Shown here piece after piece: positions 24,907-34,975 of a stretch of 49,607 nucleotides of DNA. The number at the start of each line of letters is the position of its first letter. The stretch's first letter is position 1. The stretch lies in the NCBI GenBank assembly GCA_034670305.1, contig JAXMNT010000057.1:1-49607 (forward strand). Direction: 5' to 3'. Source of the DNA: Deltaproteobacteria bacterium (lineage in GTDB: Bacteria > Myxococcota_A > Polyangia > Polyangiales > Houyiibacteriaceae). The translations under genes were made by a program, and so were the position numbers. A model generated the notes under the pieces. The model had not been told where the DNA came from. It saw nothing but the letters and a program-made list of their open reading frames with translations, and made no database searches.

Positions 24907-27072
24907 ATGGGTCGATTCGCGAACGTTTGTTTGGTTTTCTGGATGTGTGCCGCGCCTGTGACGGGGCTGGGTTGTGGCGACGACGATTCGACGGGGCCCG
25001 ACGCAGGCGGCGACGCAGGAGGGCCGAGCGACACGATCGCGCTGTTCGCGCCCACTGAGGACCCCATGCCCTTCGGCGCGGTGCCCTTCCCGGACGACCT
25101 GTACCTGAACGAGGCCGGACGGGTCGCGCTCGGGACGTATCCGAACGAGGAGATGGCGTTCCTCGCGCCCGAGTACCCCGCGGGCTTGCGCGAGGGGATG
25201 CTGGAACTCGACGGCTTCGGGGTCACGGCACCGGTCTACTTCCCGGTGTCCGGCCCGATCGATCCAGCCTCGCTCCCGGCCGAAGGCGCCAGCCTCGTGC
25301 CTGGCGCGGGGGTGTTCCTGGTCGACGCGAACCCAGGCTCGCCCACCGCGTTCGCGCGGATCCCCACCGTGGCCAAATGGCTCCCGCGGCACGGCCTGAT
25401 CGCTGTGCGGCCCGCGAATGGGTTCGTGCTCACCCCGGGCAACGCGTACGCAGCGGTTCTGACCCGCGCGGTGCTCGATGTCTCTGGGCGTCCCCTCGGG
25501 GCCAGTGCGTCCTTCCTTCAGGTGCGCGATGCGGAGATGCCCCTCGATTCGCCGCTGCTCGAGGAGGCCCGCGGGCGCGTGCGACCGGTGCTGTCCAGTC
25601 TCGCGGGCGTCGTCGCGGACGACGTCGTGTGCATGGCGGTGTTTCGAACCCAGACGATCGTGGACGAACTCCAGGCCGCCCGAGACCAGATCTGGGCCGA
25701 AGATGCGCCGGTCGTCGCCATCGACGAAGTGCTGAGCGGCGAGGCCCTCGATGCACGGCTCGGCGCGCCACTCGACGGAGTGCCAGGGCTGGGCGTGGAG
25801 GGTGGGGTGGCCCACACCCGCGTCGGCTTCCTGGTGAACGGCTCCTTCGACGCGAACTGGTTTCTCGGAAGTGAACCCCACGTGCATGGCGTGTTCACCC
25901 GCGAAGGAGATGGGTTGCGGGTGGAGCGCCGCGAGACGGTACCGTTCACGCTCCTGCTGCCCGCCACCGCGGCGTCGGAGCCGCCCCGAGTGATTCTGTT
26001 TCAGCACGGCATCACCGCGCAGCGGGGCGATGTGCTCGGGCTGGCCGACGTCCTTGTCGGTGCCGGCTACGCGCTGCTCGCGATCGATGCGCCGTGGCAC
26101 GGCTTGCGCGCGCGCGGCGGACCCGGCGATACGATGAACCGCTACACCGGCGAGGACGGCCCCGATGGCTTCGGGGACCGAAGCGGCTCGGCGGTTGTGA
26201 TCGACTTCGCGGGAATCATGGATTTCTCCGGGCCGCTGGTGGAGTTTCATCCGGCGTACTTCCGGGACGCGATGCGCCAGTCGGCGGCGGATCTCGTGAG
26301 CGCGGCGCGCACGGTACGTGGCGATTGGTCGCCGCTCGAAGTGGCGGCGCCAGAGCTCGAAGGGTTTCGTTTCAGCGCCGAGCCCATGGGCTTCATCGGC
26401 AACTCTCTCGGCGGCATGATCGGAACGATGTTCGTGGCGGTGGAACCCGAAGTGGGCGCGACCGTGCTCGGGGTGACCGGCGGGTCGGTCCTGACCCTCG
26501 TGGTCGAGTCTCCGTCCTTCAACCCCGCCTACTTGCCGCAGCTCTATCCGCTGCTCGGGCTCGAGACCTCGAACATCGACTACGACGTGCTCAGCCCGGT
26601 GTTCGAACCGGAGCTCGCGCTTTGGCAGACCCTCTTCGACCGCGGCGACTCGGTCGCCTACGGCGCCGCCGTTTCGAGGGGCGCGCAACACGTCCTGATG
26701 TTGATGTCCCGAGACGACGAGACGATGCCCAACGTCAGTACCGAATCGCTGGCGCGGATGATCGGCGTGACGATGATCGGCGCCGAGCCGAGGCACGTGG
26801 ACCTCATCACAGGCACCGCACCGCTGCGCGGCAACGTCACGGCCGGCGAACGCCCGCTGACCCGTGGGCTGACGGTGGCGGAGCCGGCCGACCATGGGCT
26901 TCTGCTCTACGTGCGGGAGAACCAGAACTACGAACATCCGGTGACGCCGCCGTTCGAAGCGATCGACCCGCCGGTCCCCTACGACAACCCGATGGTCGCG
27001 GCGCAGGGACAGATCCTGCGCTTCTTCGAATCCTGGCGCTCCGGCACGCCAGAGATCACCGTTGCCGACTAG
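24907..27072 (+). CDS. Lipoprotein lipase-like alpha/beta hydrolase with N-terminal Ig-like region (Pla-1/Cef-like architecture)
   Basis: Start re-called to ATG 24907. Lipobox GLGC-GDDD. PFPDD, LDGFG, LFQHG, AIDAPWHG and GNSLGG nucleophile elbow. Confidence 0.8.
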   Translation: MGRFANVCLVFWMCAAPVTGLGCGDDDSTGPDAGGDAGGPSDTIALFAPTEDPMPFGAVPFPDDLYLNEAGRVALGTYPNEEMAFLAPEYPAGLREGMLELDGFGVTAPVYFPVSGPIDPASLPAEGASLVPGAGVFLVDANPGSPTAFARIPTVAKWLPRHGLIAVRPANGFVLTPGNAYAAVLTRAVLDVSGRPLGASASFLQVRDAEMPLDSPLLEEARGRVRPVLSSLAGVVADDVVCMAVFRTQTIVDELQAARDQIWAEDAPVVAIDEVLSGEALDARLGAPLDGVPGLGVEGGVAHTRVGFLVNGSFDANWFLGSEPHVHGVFTREGDGLRVERRETVPFTLLLPATAASEPPRVILFQHGITAQRGDVLGLADVLVGAGYALLAIDAPWHGLRARGGPGDTMNRYTGEDGPDGFGDRSGSAVVIDFAGIMDFSGPLVEFHPAYFRDAMRQSAADLVSAARTVRGDWSPLEVAAPELEGFRFSAEPMGFIGNSLGGMIGTMFVAVEPEVGATVLGVTGGSVLTLVVESPSFNPAYLPQLYPLLGLETSNIDYDVLSPVFEPELALWQTLFDRGDSVAYGAAVSRGAQHVLMLMSRDDETMPNVSTESLARMIGVTMIGAEPRHVDLITGTAPLRGNVTAGERPLTRGLTVAEPADHGLLLYVRENQNYEHPVTPPFEAIDPPVPYDNPMVAAQGQILRFFESWRSGTPEITVAD

Positions 27073-27545
27073 AGCACCTTCCGCCAGCGGGTCCAGTCGT
27101 TCATTCGGTGCATGCCGCGCTTCTCGTAGAAGCGGTGCGCGAGTTCGTTCCAGTCGAGGGCAGTGAGCTCGAAGCGGGGGTAGCCGCGGGTCTCACAGAT
27201 CTCGAGCAGCGCTTGAAAGAGGGCGTCGCCCGCGCCGCAGCCTCGGTGCTCAGGCAATACGAAGAAGTCTTCGAGCCACATGCCGGGCTGCGCTTTCCAA
27301 GTGGAGTAGGTCTGGAAGAAGAGCGCGAAGCCGATCGCTTCACCGCCGCGCCAGACCAGCAGGCACTCGAAGGGCGGCCGCTCGGACTGCATCTGCGCGC
27401 GGAGCGTCTCCGCGTCGCCTTCGACGGCGTCCGGTTCCTTCTCGTAGAGCGCGAGCGCGCGGATCAGTGCGTCGATGTGCACCGCGTCGTCCGGCTTCGC
27501 CGTTCGAACCTCCAGCGCCACGGATTCTCGGGACTTCGATTGCAT
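27069..27545 (-). CDS. GNAT family N-acetyltransferase (spermidine/diamine acetyltransferase-like)
   Basis: ATG 27545 overlaps the upstream TGA. LALYEK, YSTW, LEDFFVLPEHRGCGAG and LDWNELAHRFYEKRG. Confidence 0.9.
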   Translation of the reverse strand: MQSKSRESVALEVRTAKPDDAVHIDALIRALALYEKEPDAVEGDAETLRAQMQSERPPFECLLVWRGGEAIGFALFFQTYSTWKAQPGMWLEDFFVLPEHRGCGAGDALFQALLEICETRGYPRFELTALDWNELAHRFYEKRGMHRMNDWTRWRKVL

Positions 27546-29098
27546 CAGAGCGGCGGGTTGCCGTGTTTCTTCGGCGGGTTCTGGTCGCGCTTTTGGCGCA
27601 GCATGGCGAGCGCGGCACAGATGCGGGCGCGGGTCGTGCGGGGATGAATCACCTCGTCGATGAACCCGAGCTCTGCGGCCTTGAACGGGTTCGCGAACTT
27701 GGCGCGGTACTCCGCGACGAACGCTGCTTTGGTGGCGACCGGATCCTCGGCGGCTTCGATCTCTTTGCGGTAGATGATCTGGACCGCGCCCTCGGGCCCC
27801 ATGACCGCGATCTCCGCCGACGGGTACGCGAAGCTGATGTCGCCGCGAATGTGCTTCGAACTCATCACGTCGTACGCGCCGCCGTATGCCTTGCGGGTGA
27901 TGAGCGTCACTTTGGGCACCGTGGCTTCGCAGTATGCGTAGAGCAGCTTCGCGCCGTGTTTGATGATGCCGCCGAACTCTTGATCGGTGCCGGGCAAGAA
28001 CCCGGGCACGTCGACCAAGGTGACGATGGGCAGGTTGAAGCAGTCGCAGAACTGGACGAAGCGCGCAGCCTTCACCGAGGCGTTGATGTCGAGACAGCCG
28101 GCCAACTGCTGAGGCTGGTTGGCGACGATGCCGACCGGTCGGCCCTCGAACCGAGCGAAGCCGACGACGATGTTCTTCGCGTAGTTCTCCTGCAGCTCGA
28201 AGAAGTCCCCGTCGTCCACGATCAACTCGATGACCTTGGTCATGTCGTACGGTTTGTTGGGGTTGTCCGGGACCAGCGTCTCGAGCGCCGCCTCCTCGCG
28301 GTCCGCTGGGTCGGTGCAGTCGCGAACCGGCGGGTCTTCGTGGTTGTTGCTCGGTAGGAACGACAGCACCTCGCGGATCGCGCGGATGCAGTCGTGGTCG
28401 TCTTCGCAGGTCAGGTGCGAGACGCCGCTCTTGCTCTCGTGGGTGCGCGCGCCACCGAGTTCTTCTTTGGTCACCTCTTCCCGCGTCACCGTCTTGATCA
28501 CGTCGGGGCCGGTGATGAACATGTAGCTCGATCCCTCGACCATGAAGATGAGGTCGGTCATCGCCGGGGAGTACACCGCGCCGCCGGCGCACGGTCCCAT
28601 GATGGCGCTGATCTGTGGGATGACGCCGGACGAGAGCACGTTGCGCAGAAAGATGTCCGCGTAGCCTGCGAGCGACTCGACCCCTTCTTGAATGCGGGCG
28701 CCGCCCGAGTCGTTCAGCCCGATGACCGGCGCGCCGGTCTTGAGCGCGAGGTCCATGATCTTGGTGATCTTCGACGCGAAGGCGCTCGAGAGCGAACCGC
28801 CGAACACCGTGAAGTCCTGCGCGAAGACGAACACCTGCCGGCCATCGACCTGTCCATAGCCCGTGACCACACCGTCGCCGGGGATCTGTTGCGACTCCAT
28901 CCCGAAGTCGCGGCACTGGTGCACGACGAGCCGATCGGTCTCGACGAACGTGCCCGGATCGAGCAGCGCGTCGATGCGCTCGCGGGCGGTGAGCTTGCCC
29001 CCCGCGTGCTGCTTCGCGATGCGCCGGGCGCCACCGCCCTCCATGGCACGCCGGTCGAGCTCGTCGAGGGTCGCGATCGGATCGTAGGTCTCGCTCAT
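27545..29098 (-). CDS. pccB: Acyl-CoA (propionyl-CoA) carboxylase carboxyltransferase beta subunit
   Basis: [49 protein letters not shown] and PKKHGN. Start 29098 or 29110. Confidence 0.93.
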   Translation of the reverse strand: MSETYDPIATLDELDRRAMEGGGARRIAKQHAGGKLTARERIDALLDPGTFVETDRLVVHQCRDFGMESQQIPGDGVVTGYGQVDGRQVFVFAQDFTVFGGSLSSAFASKITKIMDLALKTGAPVIGLNDSGGARIQEGVESLAGYADIFLRNVLSSGVIPQISAIMGPCAGGAVYSPAMTDLIFMVEGSSYMFITGPDVIKTVTREEVTKEELGGARTHESKSGVSHLTCEDDHDCIRAIREVLSFLPSNNHEDPPVRDCTDPADREEAALETLVPDNPNKPYDMTKVIELIVDDGDFFELQENYAKNIVVGFARFEGRPVGIVANQPQQLAGCLDINASVKAARFVQFCDCFNLPIVTLVDVPGFLPGTDQEFGGIIKHGAKLLYAYCEATVPKVTLITRKAYGGAYDVMSSKHIRGDISFAYPSAEIAVMGPEGAVQIIYRKEIEAAEDPVATKAAFVAEYRAKFANPFKAAELGFIDEVIHPRTTRARICAALAMLRQKRDQNPPKKHGNPPL

Positions 29099-29148
29099 GG
29101 CGGCCCTCATAGCGGATCGACACACCCTTGGCGACCAGCCCACGCGTC

Positions 29149-29240
29149 CCCTTGCCCGTGCCCTTGCCCTTGCCCTTGCCCTTGGTTCAAGCCGAAGCCG
29201 AAGCCCGAAGCCGATGCCGAAGCCGATGCGGGAGCCGATG
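29149..29240. repeat. Composite intergenic repeat: (CCCTTG)n followed by (GCCGAA/GCCGAT)n; remnant related to the element family
   Basis: 29149-29169 is the exact reverse complement of GGGCAAGGGCACGGGCAAGGG in the elements. 29190-29228 uses the same hexamers as 10883-11165. Confidence 0.8.
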
Positions 29241-29263
29241 AGCCCCGACCCTGGGTCAGCCGA

Positions 29264-30610
29264 TCAGGCCTGGGCGAGCGCTTCGACCAAGCGGTCGAGG
29301 TCTGCTTTGTCGTGGCACTCGGTTACGGCGACGAGGAACTCGTTGTTGCGCGTCGAGTCGAAGCGGCCGAGGTCGATGCCCGCGAGGATGCCTTGGGCCG
29401 CGAGTGCGGCGAGCAGTGGCGCGGCGGCGCCCCCCTCGCGACGGACGACGAACTCGTTGAACGACGGCGCGTCGAACGGGAGCGTGTAGCCGTCGAGGGC
29501 GGCGATTTGGCCCTTGAGGTATTCGGCGTTCGCCAGACAGGCGTTGCCCACATCGAGGAACCCGGAGCGGCCGAGCATCGAGAGCCGAATGGCGAACGCG
29601 AGCGCAACGAGGCCATGGTTCGTGCAGATGTTGGAGGTCGCGCGTTCGCGGCGGATGTGCTGTTCGCGCGTGGAGAGCGTCAGCACGAAGCCGCGCACGC
29701 CGTCTTGATCGACCGTCTCGCCGACGAGGCGGCCCGGCATCTGCCGCACGAACTTCTCTTTGCATGCGAACAAGCCCACGCCTGGGCCTCCGAGCTGCGG
29801 GGGCAGCGCGATCGCTTGGCCTTCGCCCACGCAGATGTCGGCACCCGCGGTCCCGGGCGCAGCGGCGAGGGAGAGCGCGTAGGGTTCGGCCGTGGCCGTC
29901 ACGAGCAGCGCGCCGGCGTCGTGGGCCATCTGCGCGAGCGTCTCGAGGTCCTCGACGCACCCGTAGAAGTTCGGGTAGCCGACGACGAGGCACGCGGCCC
30001 CTTCGAGCTGGGCCGCGAGGCCATCGATGGCGGTCTGTCCGGAGGCATCGACCGGCACCATCTCCATGTTGGGGGTGCCGTCGTCGGATGCGCTGAGGTA
30101 GGTGCGCATGGCGCCCTGGTAGTCCGGGTGGAGCCCCGCGCTGTAGACACACTTCTCGCGTCGCGTGACCCGGCGCGCCATCAGCACGGCTTCCGCGGTG
30201 CCGCTTGCACCGCAGTACATGGAGGCGTTCGCGACCTCCATGTCGAAGAGCTGACAGACCATCGTCTGGAACTCGTAGATCGCTTGGAGCGTCCCCTGCG
30301 CGACCTCGGCCTGGTAGGGCGTGTACGCGGTGTAGAACTCGCTCCGAAGAAGCAGCTGGTCGACCGCTGGCGGCACGTGGTGGTTGTACATGCCACCGCC
30401 GAGGAAACTCAGCGCGGACGCCGCGCCGTTCTTGTCCGCGAGCGCCGTGAGGTGCTTCATCAGCACCACTTCGGTCAGGGCCGGCTCGAGGGCCAGCGGC
30501 TTCGCGCGAAGCGCTTCGGGGATCGGCGCGAAGAGCGCGCTGATGTCATCGACTCCGATGCGATCCAACATGGCCTGGATCTCGCCCGGGGTGTGGGGGA
30601 GGTAACGCAT
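29264..30610 (-). CDS. gcvPA: Glycine dehydrogenase (decarboxylating) subunit 1
   Basis: MRYLPHT, FLGGGMYNHHVP, EFYTAYTPYQAEVAQGTLQ and REQHIRRERATSNICTN. Confidence 0.97.
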   Translation of the reverse strand: MRYLPHTPGEIQAMLDRIGVDDISALFAPIPEALRAKPLALEPALTEVVLMKHLTALADKNGAASALSFLGGGMYNHHVPPAVDQLLLRSEFYTAYTPYQAEVAQGTLQAIYEFQTMVCQLFDMEVANASMYCGASGTAEAVLMARRVTRREKCVYSAGLHPDYQGAMRTYLSASDDGTPNMEMVPVDASGQTAIDGLAAQLEGAACLVVGYPNFYGCVEDLETLAQMAHDAGALLVTATAEPYALSLAAAPGTAGADICVGEGQAIALPPQLGGPGVGLFACKEKFVRQMPGRLVGETVDQDGVRGFVLTLSTREQHIRRERATSNICTNHGLVALAFAIRLSMLGRSGFLDVGNACLANAEYLKGQIAALDGYTLPFDAPSFNEFVVRREGGAAAPLLAALAAQGILAGIDLGRFDSTRNNEFLVAVTECHDKADLDRLVEALAQA

Positions 30611-30663
30611 GGATGTACTCGTGGGGCTGGGTGGGTCGAAAGGAAAGCGCTGCGGAGCGGGAA

Positions 30664-31053
30664 CTACTCGATCTTGCCGAGGAAGTCCTCGTACTGGGCG
30701 GCGTCCATCAGTCGGTCGTACTCGGCGGCGTCCGACGGCTTGATGACGATCATCCAGCCCTTGGCGTACGGACCCTCGTTGACGAGCTCGGGGCTGCCTT
30801 CGAGCTCCTCGTTGCGCTCCACGATCTCTCCGCCGATCGGCGCGAAGAGTTCGGAAACGGTTTTGACGCTTTCGACCTCGCCGAACCGCTCGTGCGCCTG
30901 CACGTCGGTGCCGACGTCCGGCAGATCGACGAGGGTCACGTCACCGAGTTGTTCGACGGCGTAGGCGGTCACACCGATCTTGACCAGGTCGCCCTCGAGT
31001 CGGGCCCATTCGTGGTCTTTGGTGTAGCGGAGGTCGGAGGGGTAGTGCGCCAT
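30664..31053 (-). CDS. gcvH: Glycine cleavage system H protein
   Basis: LRYTKDHEW, lipoyl-Lys motif ESVKTVSE and PELVNEGPY. Start re-called to ATG 31053. Confidence 0.97.
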   Translation of the reverse strand: MAHYPSDLRYTKDHEWARLEGDLVKIGVTAYAVEQLGDVTLVDLPDVGTDVQAHERFGEVESVKTVSELFAPIGGEIVERNEELEGSPELVNEGPYAKGWMIVIKPSDAAEYDRLMDAAQYEDFLGKIE

Positions 31054-31099
31054 GTCGGGTTCTCTTTCGTGCACCACGCGCAGCGCGTGGCGAGGTCGG

Positions 31100-32209
<1,110 letters not shown>

Positions 32210-32324
32210 GGGCACGCACCTAACACACCGCTTCGATGGTTGTCGAGCCCACCCAGCACCGGGCCCAGCGCAGGGCCCGGAGGTGCCTTTTGTGGCCTGC
32301 CCAGCGCAGGCCTGGTGCAACTCG

Positions 32325-32672
32325 CTACCGTTCGTGGGCCGCCATCAGTTCGACGTACTGGCGGATGCTGTCCTTCACCTCCTTGGGTGGGTTCCGGAGC
32401 TCCAGGCCGATCCCACGGCCGTCTCTCCGATCGTCGCTCCACCGGGTCGTCGCCTCGAGCACGACCACCTTGCCGCCCACGGGGAGCGGCAGCCGGAGCT
32501 TGACCGGCTTGTTCAGGGAGCACTCGGCTTTCGTCACCACGAAGAGCCCGCCCTCGGAAATGTCTTCACACCGGCCGTCGACCGTTCGCCCATCGGCGAA
32601 CTCAATCCGCAACGGCGTCACGTACGACGCTCGATGGTGCTCCCGGGCTTCCCCAGGTTTGCTTCTCTGCAT
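32325..32672 (-). CDS. Stand-alone PilZ-domain (c-di-GMP-binding) protein
   Basis: RxxxR (REHHR) and DxSxxG (DISEGG) motifs. GGAGG RBS upstream of ATG 32672. Confidence 0.88.
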   Translation of the reverse strand: MQRSKPGEAREHHRASYVTPLRIEFADGRTVDGRCEDISEGGLFVVTKAECSLNKPVKLRLPLPVGGKVVVLEATTRWSDDRRDGRGIGLELRNPPKEVKDSIRQYVELMAAHER

Positions 32673-32772
32673 CGAGCCTCCCAAGCGTGACATGCAGTGT
32701 TGCTGTAAGATACCGAACGGCACGGATTCGGTCGAGCCTTCCGTACGAACCGGCTCGTGCTAGCGTCCTCGG

Positions 32773-33288
32773 GTGCGGACCAGCCATGGGACCGGCCTCT
32801 TCGAACCCGCCGACTTGGGTCAGTGCGGAGACGGCTGTGTGTTCGAAGCCGGGGTGCTGGTCTTCCATCCGAAGAACGTGCACATCGGCGATGGCGTCTA
32901 CGTCGGCCACCGGACGATGTTGAAGGGCTACCACGAGCGCACGCTCACGGTCGGCGCCGGCACCTGGATCGGTTCGGACGGGTTCTTTCACGCCGCCGGT
33001 GGGCTCCACATCGGGAAGAACGTCGGCGTAGGACCGCACGTGAAGATCCTCACGTCTTGCCATGCCGAAGCGGGCCGAGAGATCCCGATTCTCCACGCGC
33101 CGATCGAGTTCGCGGCGGTGCACATCGAAGACGACGCGGACATCGGAGTGGGCGCCATCGTGTTGCCCGGAGTGACCGTCGGACGCGGTGCCCAGGTCGG
33201 TGCCGGTGCGGTGGTGACCCGCGATGTGCCGCCGTACGGAGTCGTCGCCGGCGCGCCCGCCAAGCTCCTGCGGCTGAGACCCGAATGA
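32773..33288 (+). CDS. Hexapeptide-repeat (left-handed beta-helix) acyltransferase
   Basis: VHIGDGVYVG and VHIEDDADIGVGAIVLPGVTVGRGAQVGAGAVVTRDVPPYGVVAGAPAK. Confidence 0.9.
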   Translation: MRTSHGTGLFEPADLGQCGDGCVFEAGVLVFHPKNVHIGDGVYVGHRTMLKGYHERTLTVGAGTWIGSDGFFHAAGGLHIGKNVGVGPHVKILTSCHAEAGREIPILHAPIEFAAVHIEDDADIGVGAIVLPGVTVGRGAQVGAGAVVTRDVPPYGVVAGAPAKLLRLRPE

Positions 33289-33986
33289 TCCCTGAGCTGT
33301 CGATCGTGGTGCTGGCCTTCGACGAAGAAGACAACATCGGACCAGTGCTCGGGGAGCTGTTCGATTGGCTCGACCAGCGCGGCATCGAGGCGGAGGTCGT
33401 CGTGGTCGACGACGGGTCGCGCGATGACACGGCGACGCGGGCCGCCGACGCGTTGCACGGCCGGGCTGGCCGCGTCGTGTCGCATGGCCGCAACCTCGGG
33501 ATGGGCGCCGGGTTGAAGTCGGGTACTCGGGCTGCACTCGGCACCTGGGTGACGTTCTTGCCCGCCGATGGACAGGTCCCACCCGAGGCGGTCGGCACCT
33601 TGATGTCGGTTCGAGAGGACGCGGACGTCGTGCTCTCGGTGTACGAAGACCGCGACGACGGCCCGTTGCGAACGTTGTTGTCCGGTGGCGTGCGCGCACT
33701 CATCACCGCGCTTCACGGGGTCCGGCTCCGGAGCGAAGGCCCGTACCTGTTTCGCCGCACGCTCTTCGTCGAAGAGGAACTGCCGCCCGACACGTTCTTC
33801 CTGAACTTCGAGTTTCCGCTTCGGGTGCTGGGCGCGGGCCTCCGCACCCACACCGTGGTCGTGCCCTGCCGCGCCCGACTGAGTGGACACTCGAAGACCG
33901 CCAACGCCAGACGGGCCTGGGGCGTGGCGCGCGATCTGGTGGACTTGCGCCGGCGCCGGCTGCGCGATCGGTTGCGGTTCTTCTGA
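33285..33986 (+). CDS. Glycosyltransferase family 2 (DPM1-like)
   Basis: ATGA overlap at 33285. LSIVVLAFDEE, VVVDDGSRDDT, RNLGMGAGL and FLPADGQ. Confidence 0.9.
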   Translation: MIPELSIVVLAFDEEDNIGPVLGELFDWLDQRGIEAEVVVVDDGSRDDTATRAADALHGRAGRVVSHGRNLGMGAGLKSGTRAALGTWVTFLPADGQVPPEAVGTLMSVREDADVVLSVYEDRDDGPLRTLLSGGVRALITALHGVRLRSEGPYLFRRTLFVEEELPPDTFFLNFEFPLRVLGAGLRTHTVVVPCRARLSGHSKTANARRAWGVARDLVDLRRRRLRDRLRFF

Positions 33987-34969
33987 CCTCCGACGGATCC
34001 ACGCCTCCGTCCGACGCACCGACCGACCCAGCGTCGGGTGGCTCGAGGCGGAACCGCGCGCTCTGGCTCCTCGTCCAGGTGCTCGGTTCCTCGCTCGGCT
34101 TCGCGTACATCGCCTGGACGGTCGACCTCACCGCCGTGTTCGAGGTGCTCAAGACGTCGCCGGCCGGTCACTTCGCAGGGGCGATGGGCGTCACAGGCGC
34201 TGCGCTGTGGGTTGGCGCGTTTCGGTGGCGCGCCATGCTCGCCGCCTACGGCGCGCCGCACCGGCCCGGCGTCGCGCGGCTGGCGCACGTGTACGCAGTC
34301 GGCTTCTTCTACAACACCTACCTGCCGGGCGGGGTGGGTGGAGACGTGGTGCGTGGCATCGCGACCCGCGAGGCGTTCGGGGAAGAAGGCACCACGCGCG
34401 CGATGACGGTGGTGCTCGTCGAACGGCTCTTGGGGCTCGCAGGGCTCTTCGCGGTGGTCGCGGGGGTGCTCGTCGTCGCGCCGCCAATGGGGCTCGAACC
34501 CATGATCCCGTACGCACTGGTCGCCATCGCGGCCGTACTCGCTGGGGTGGCGGGCATCGGCTTCGCGCGTCGCCTTTCGTCGCGGCTCGGTTCGTCGAAC
34601 TTCATCGCACGCCGGCTCGCCGCACTTCCCGAGTTGGTCTCGTTTCCCCATCTCCTGCTCGGGTTCGTCTTCTCACTCGGCACCCAATCGCTCGTGGCCG
34701 TCACCGGGTTCGTCGTGTTGAGCGGCATCACGCCGGACATCACGTTGGCCCAGACCTTCGTGGTCGTGCCGGTCGTCGCCGCCAGCGCGTTCTTGCCGTT
34801 CACGGTGGGCGGCGCCGGCGCGCGCGAGGCGGCGTTCGTGGCGATGTGCGCGGTCGCCACCGATGTGAACGAGACCGACGCGACCGCGGCGAGCTTGCTT
34901 CTCTGGGCAACTCAACTCGCGGTGGCCGGCCTCGGAGGTGTGCTCCAGGTGGCCCGCCCGATTCGTTGA
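33983..34969 (+). CDS. Lysylphosphatidylglycerol-synthase-TM / UPF0104 flippase-like membrane protein
   Basis: FRWRAML, FYNTYLPGGVGGDVVR, VERLLG and LPFTVGGAGARE. First canonical start is GTG 34079, but the frame is open back to a CTG at 33983, so the start is uncertain. Confidence 0.85.
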   Translation: MTSDGSTPPSDAPTDPASGGSRRNRALWLLVQVLGSSLGFAYIAWTVDLTAVFEVLKTSPAGHFAGAMGVTGAALWVGAFRWRAMLAAYGAPHRPGVARLAHVYAVGFFYNTYLPGGVGGDVVRGIATREAFGEEGTTRAMTVVLVERLLGLAGLFAVVAGVLVVAPPMGLEPMIPYALVAIAAVLAGVAGIGFARRLSSRLGSSNFIARRLAALPELVSFPHLLLGFVFSLGTQSLVAVTGFVVLSGITPDITLAQTFVVVPVVAASAFLPFTVGGAGAREAAFVAMCAVATDVNETDATAASLLLWATQLAVAGLGGVLQVARPIR

Positions 34970-34975
34970 TTTCCC

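Noticed and set aside
32210-32324. Glycine riboswitch upstream of gcvT
   Set aside because: No recognisable aptamer consensus on the minus strand, and the spacer is too short for the tandem form.
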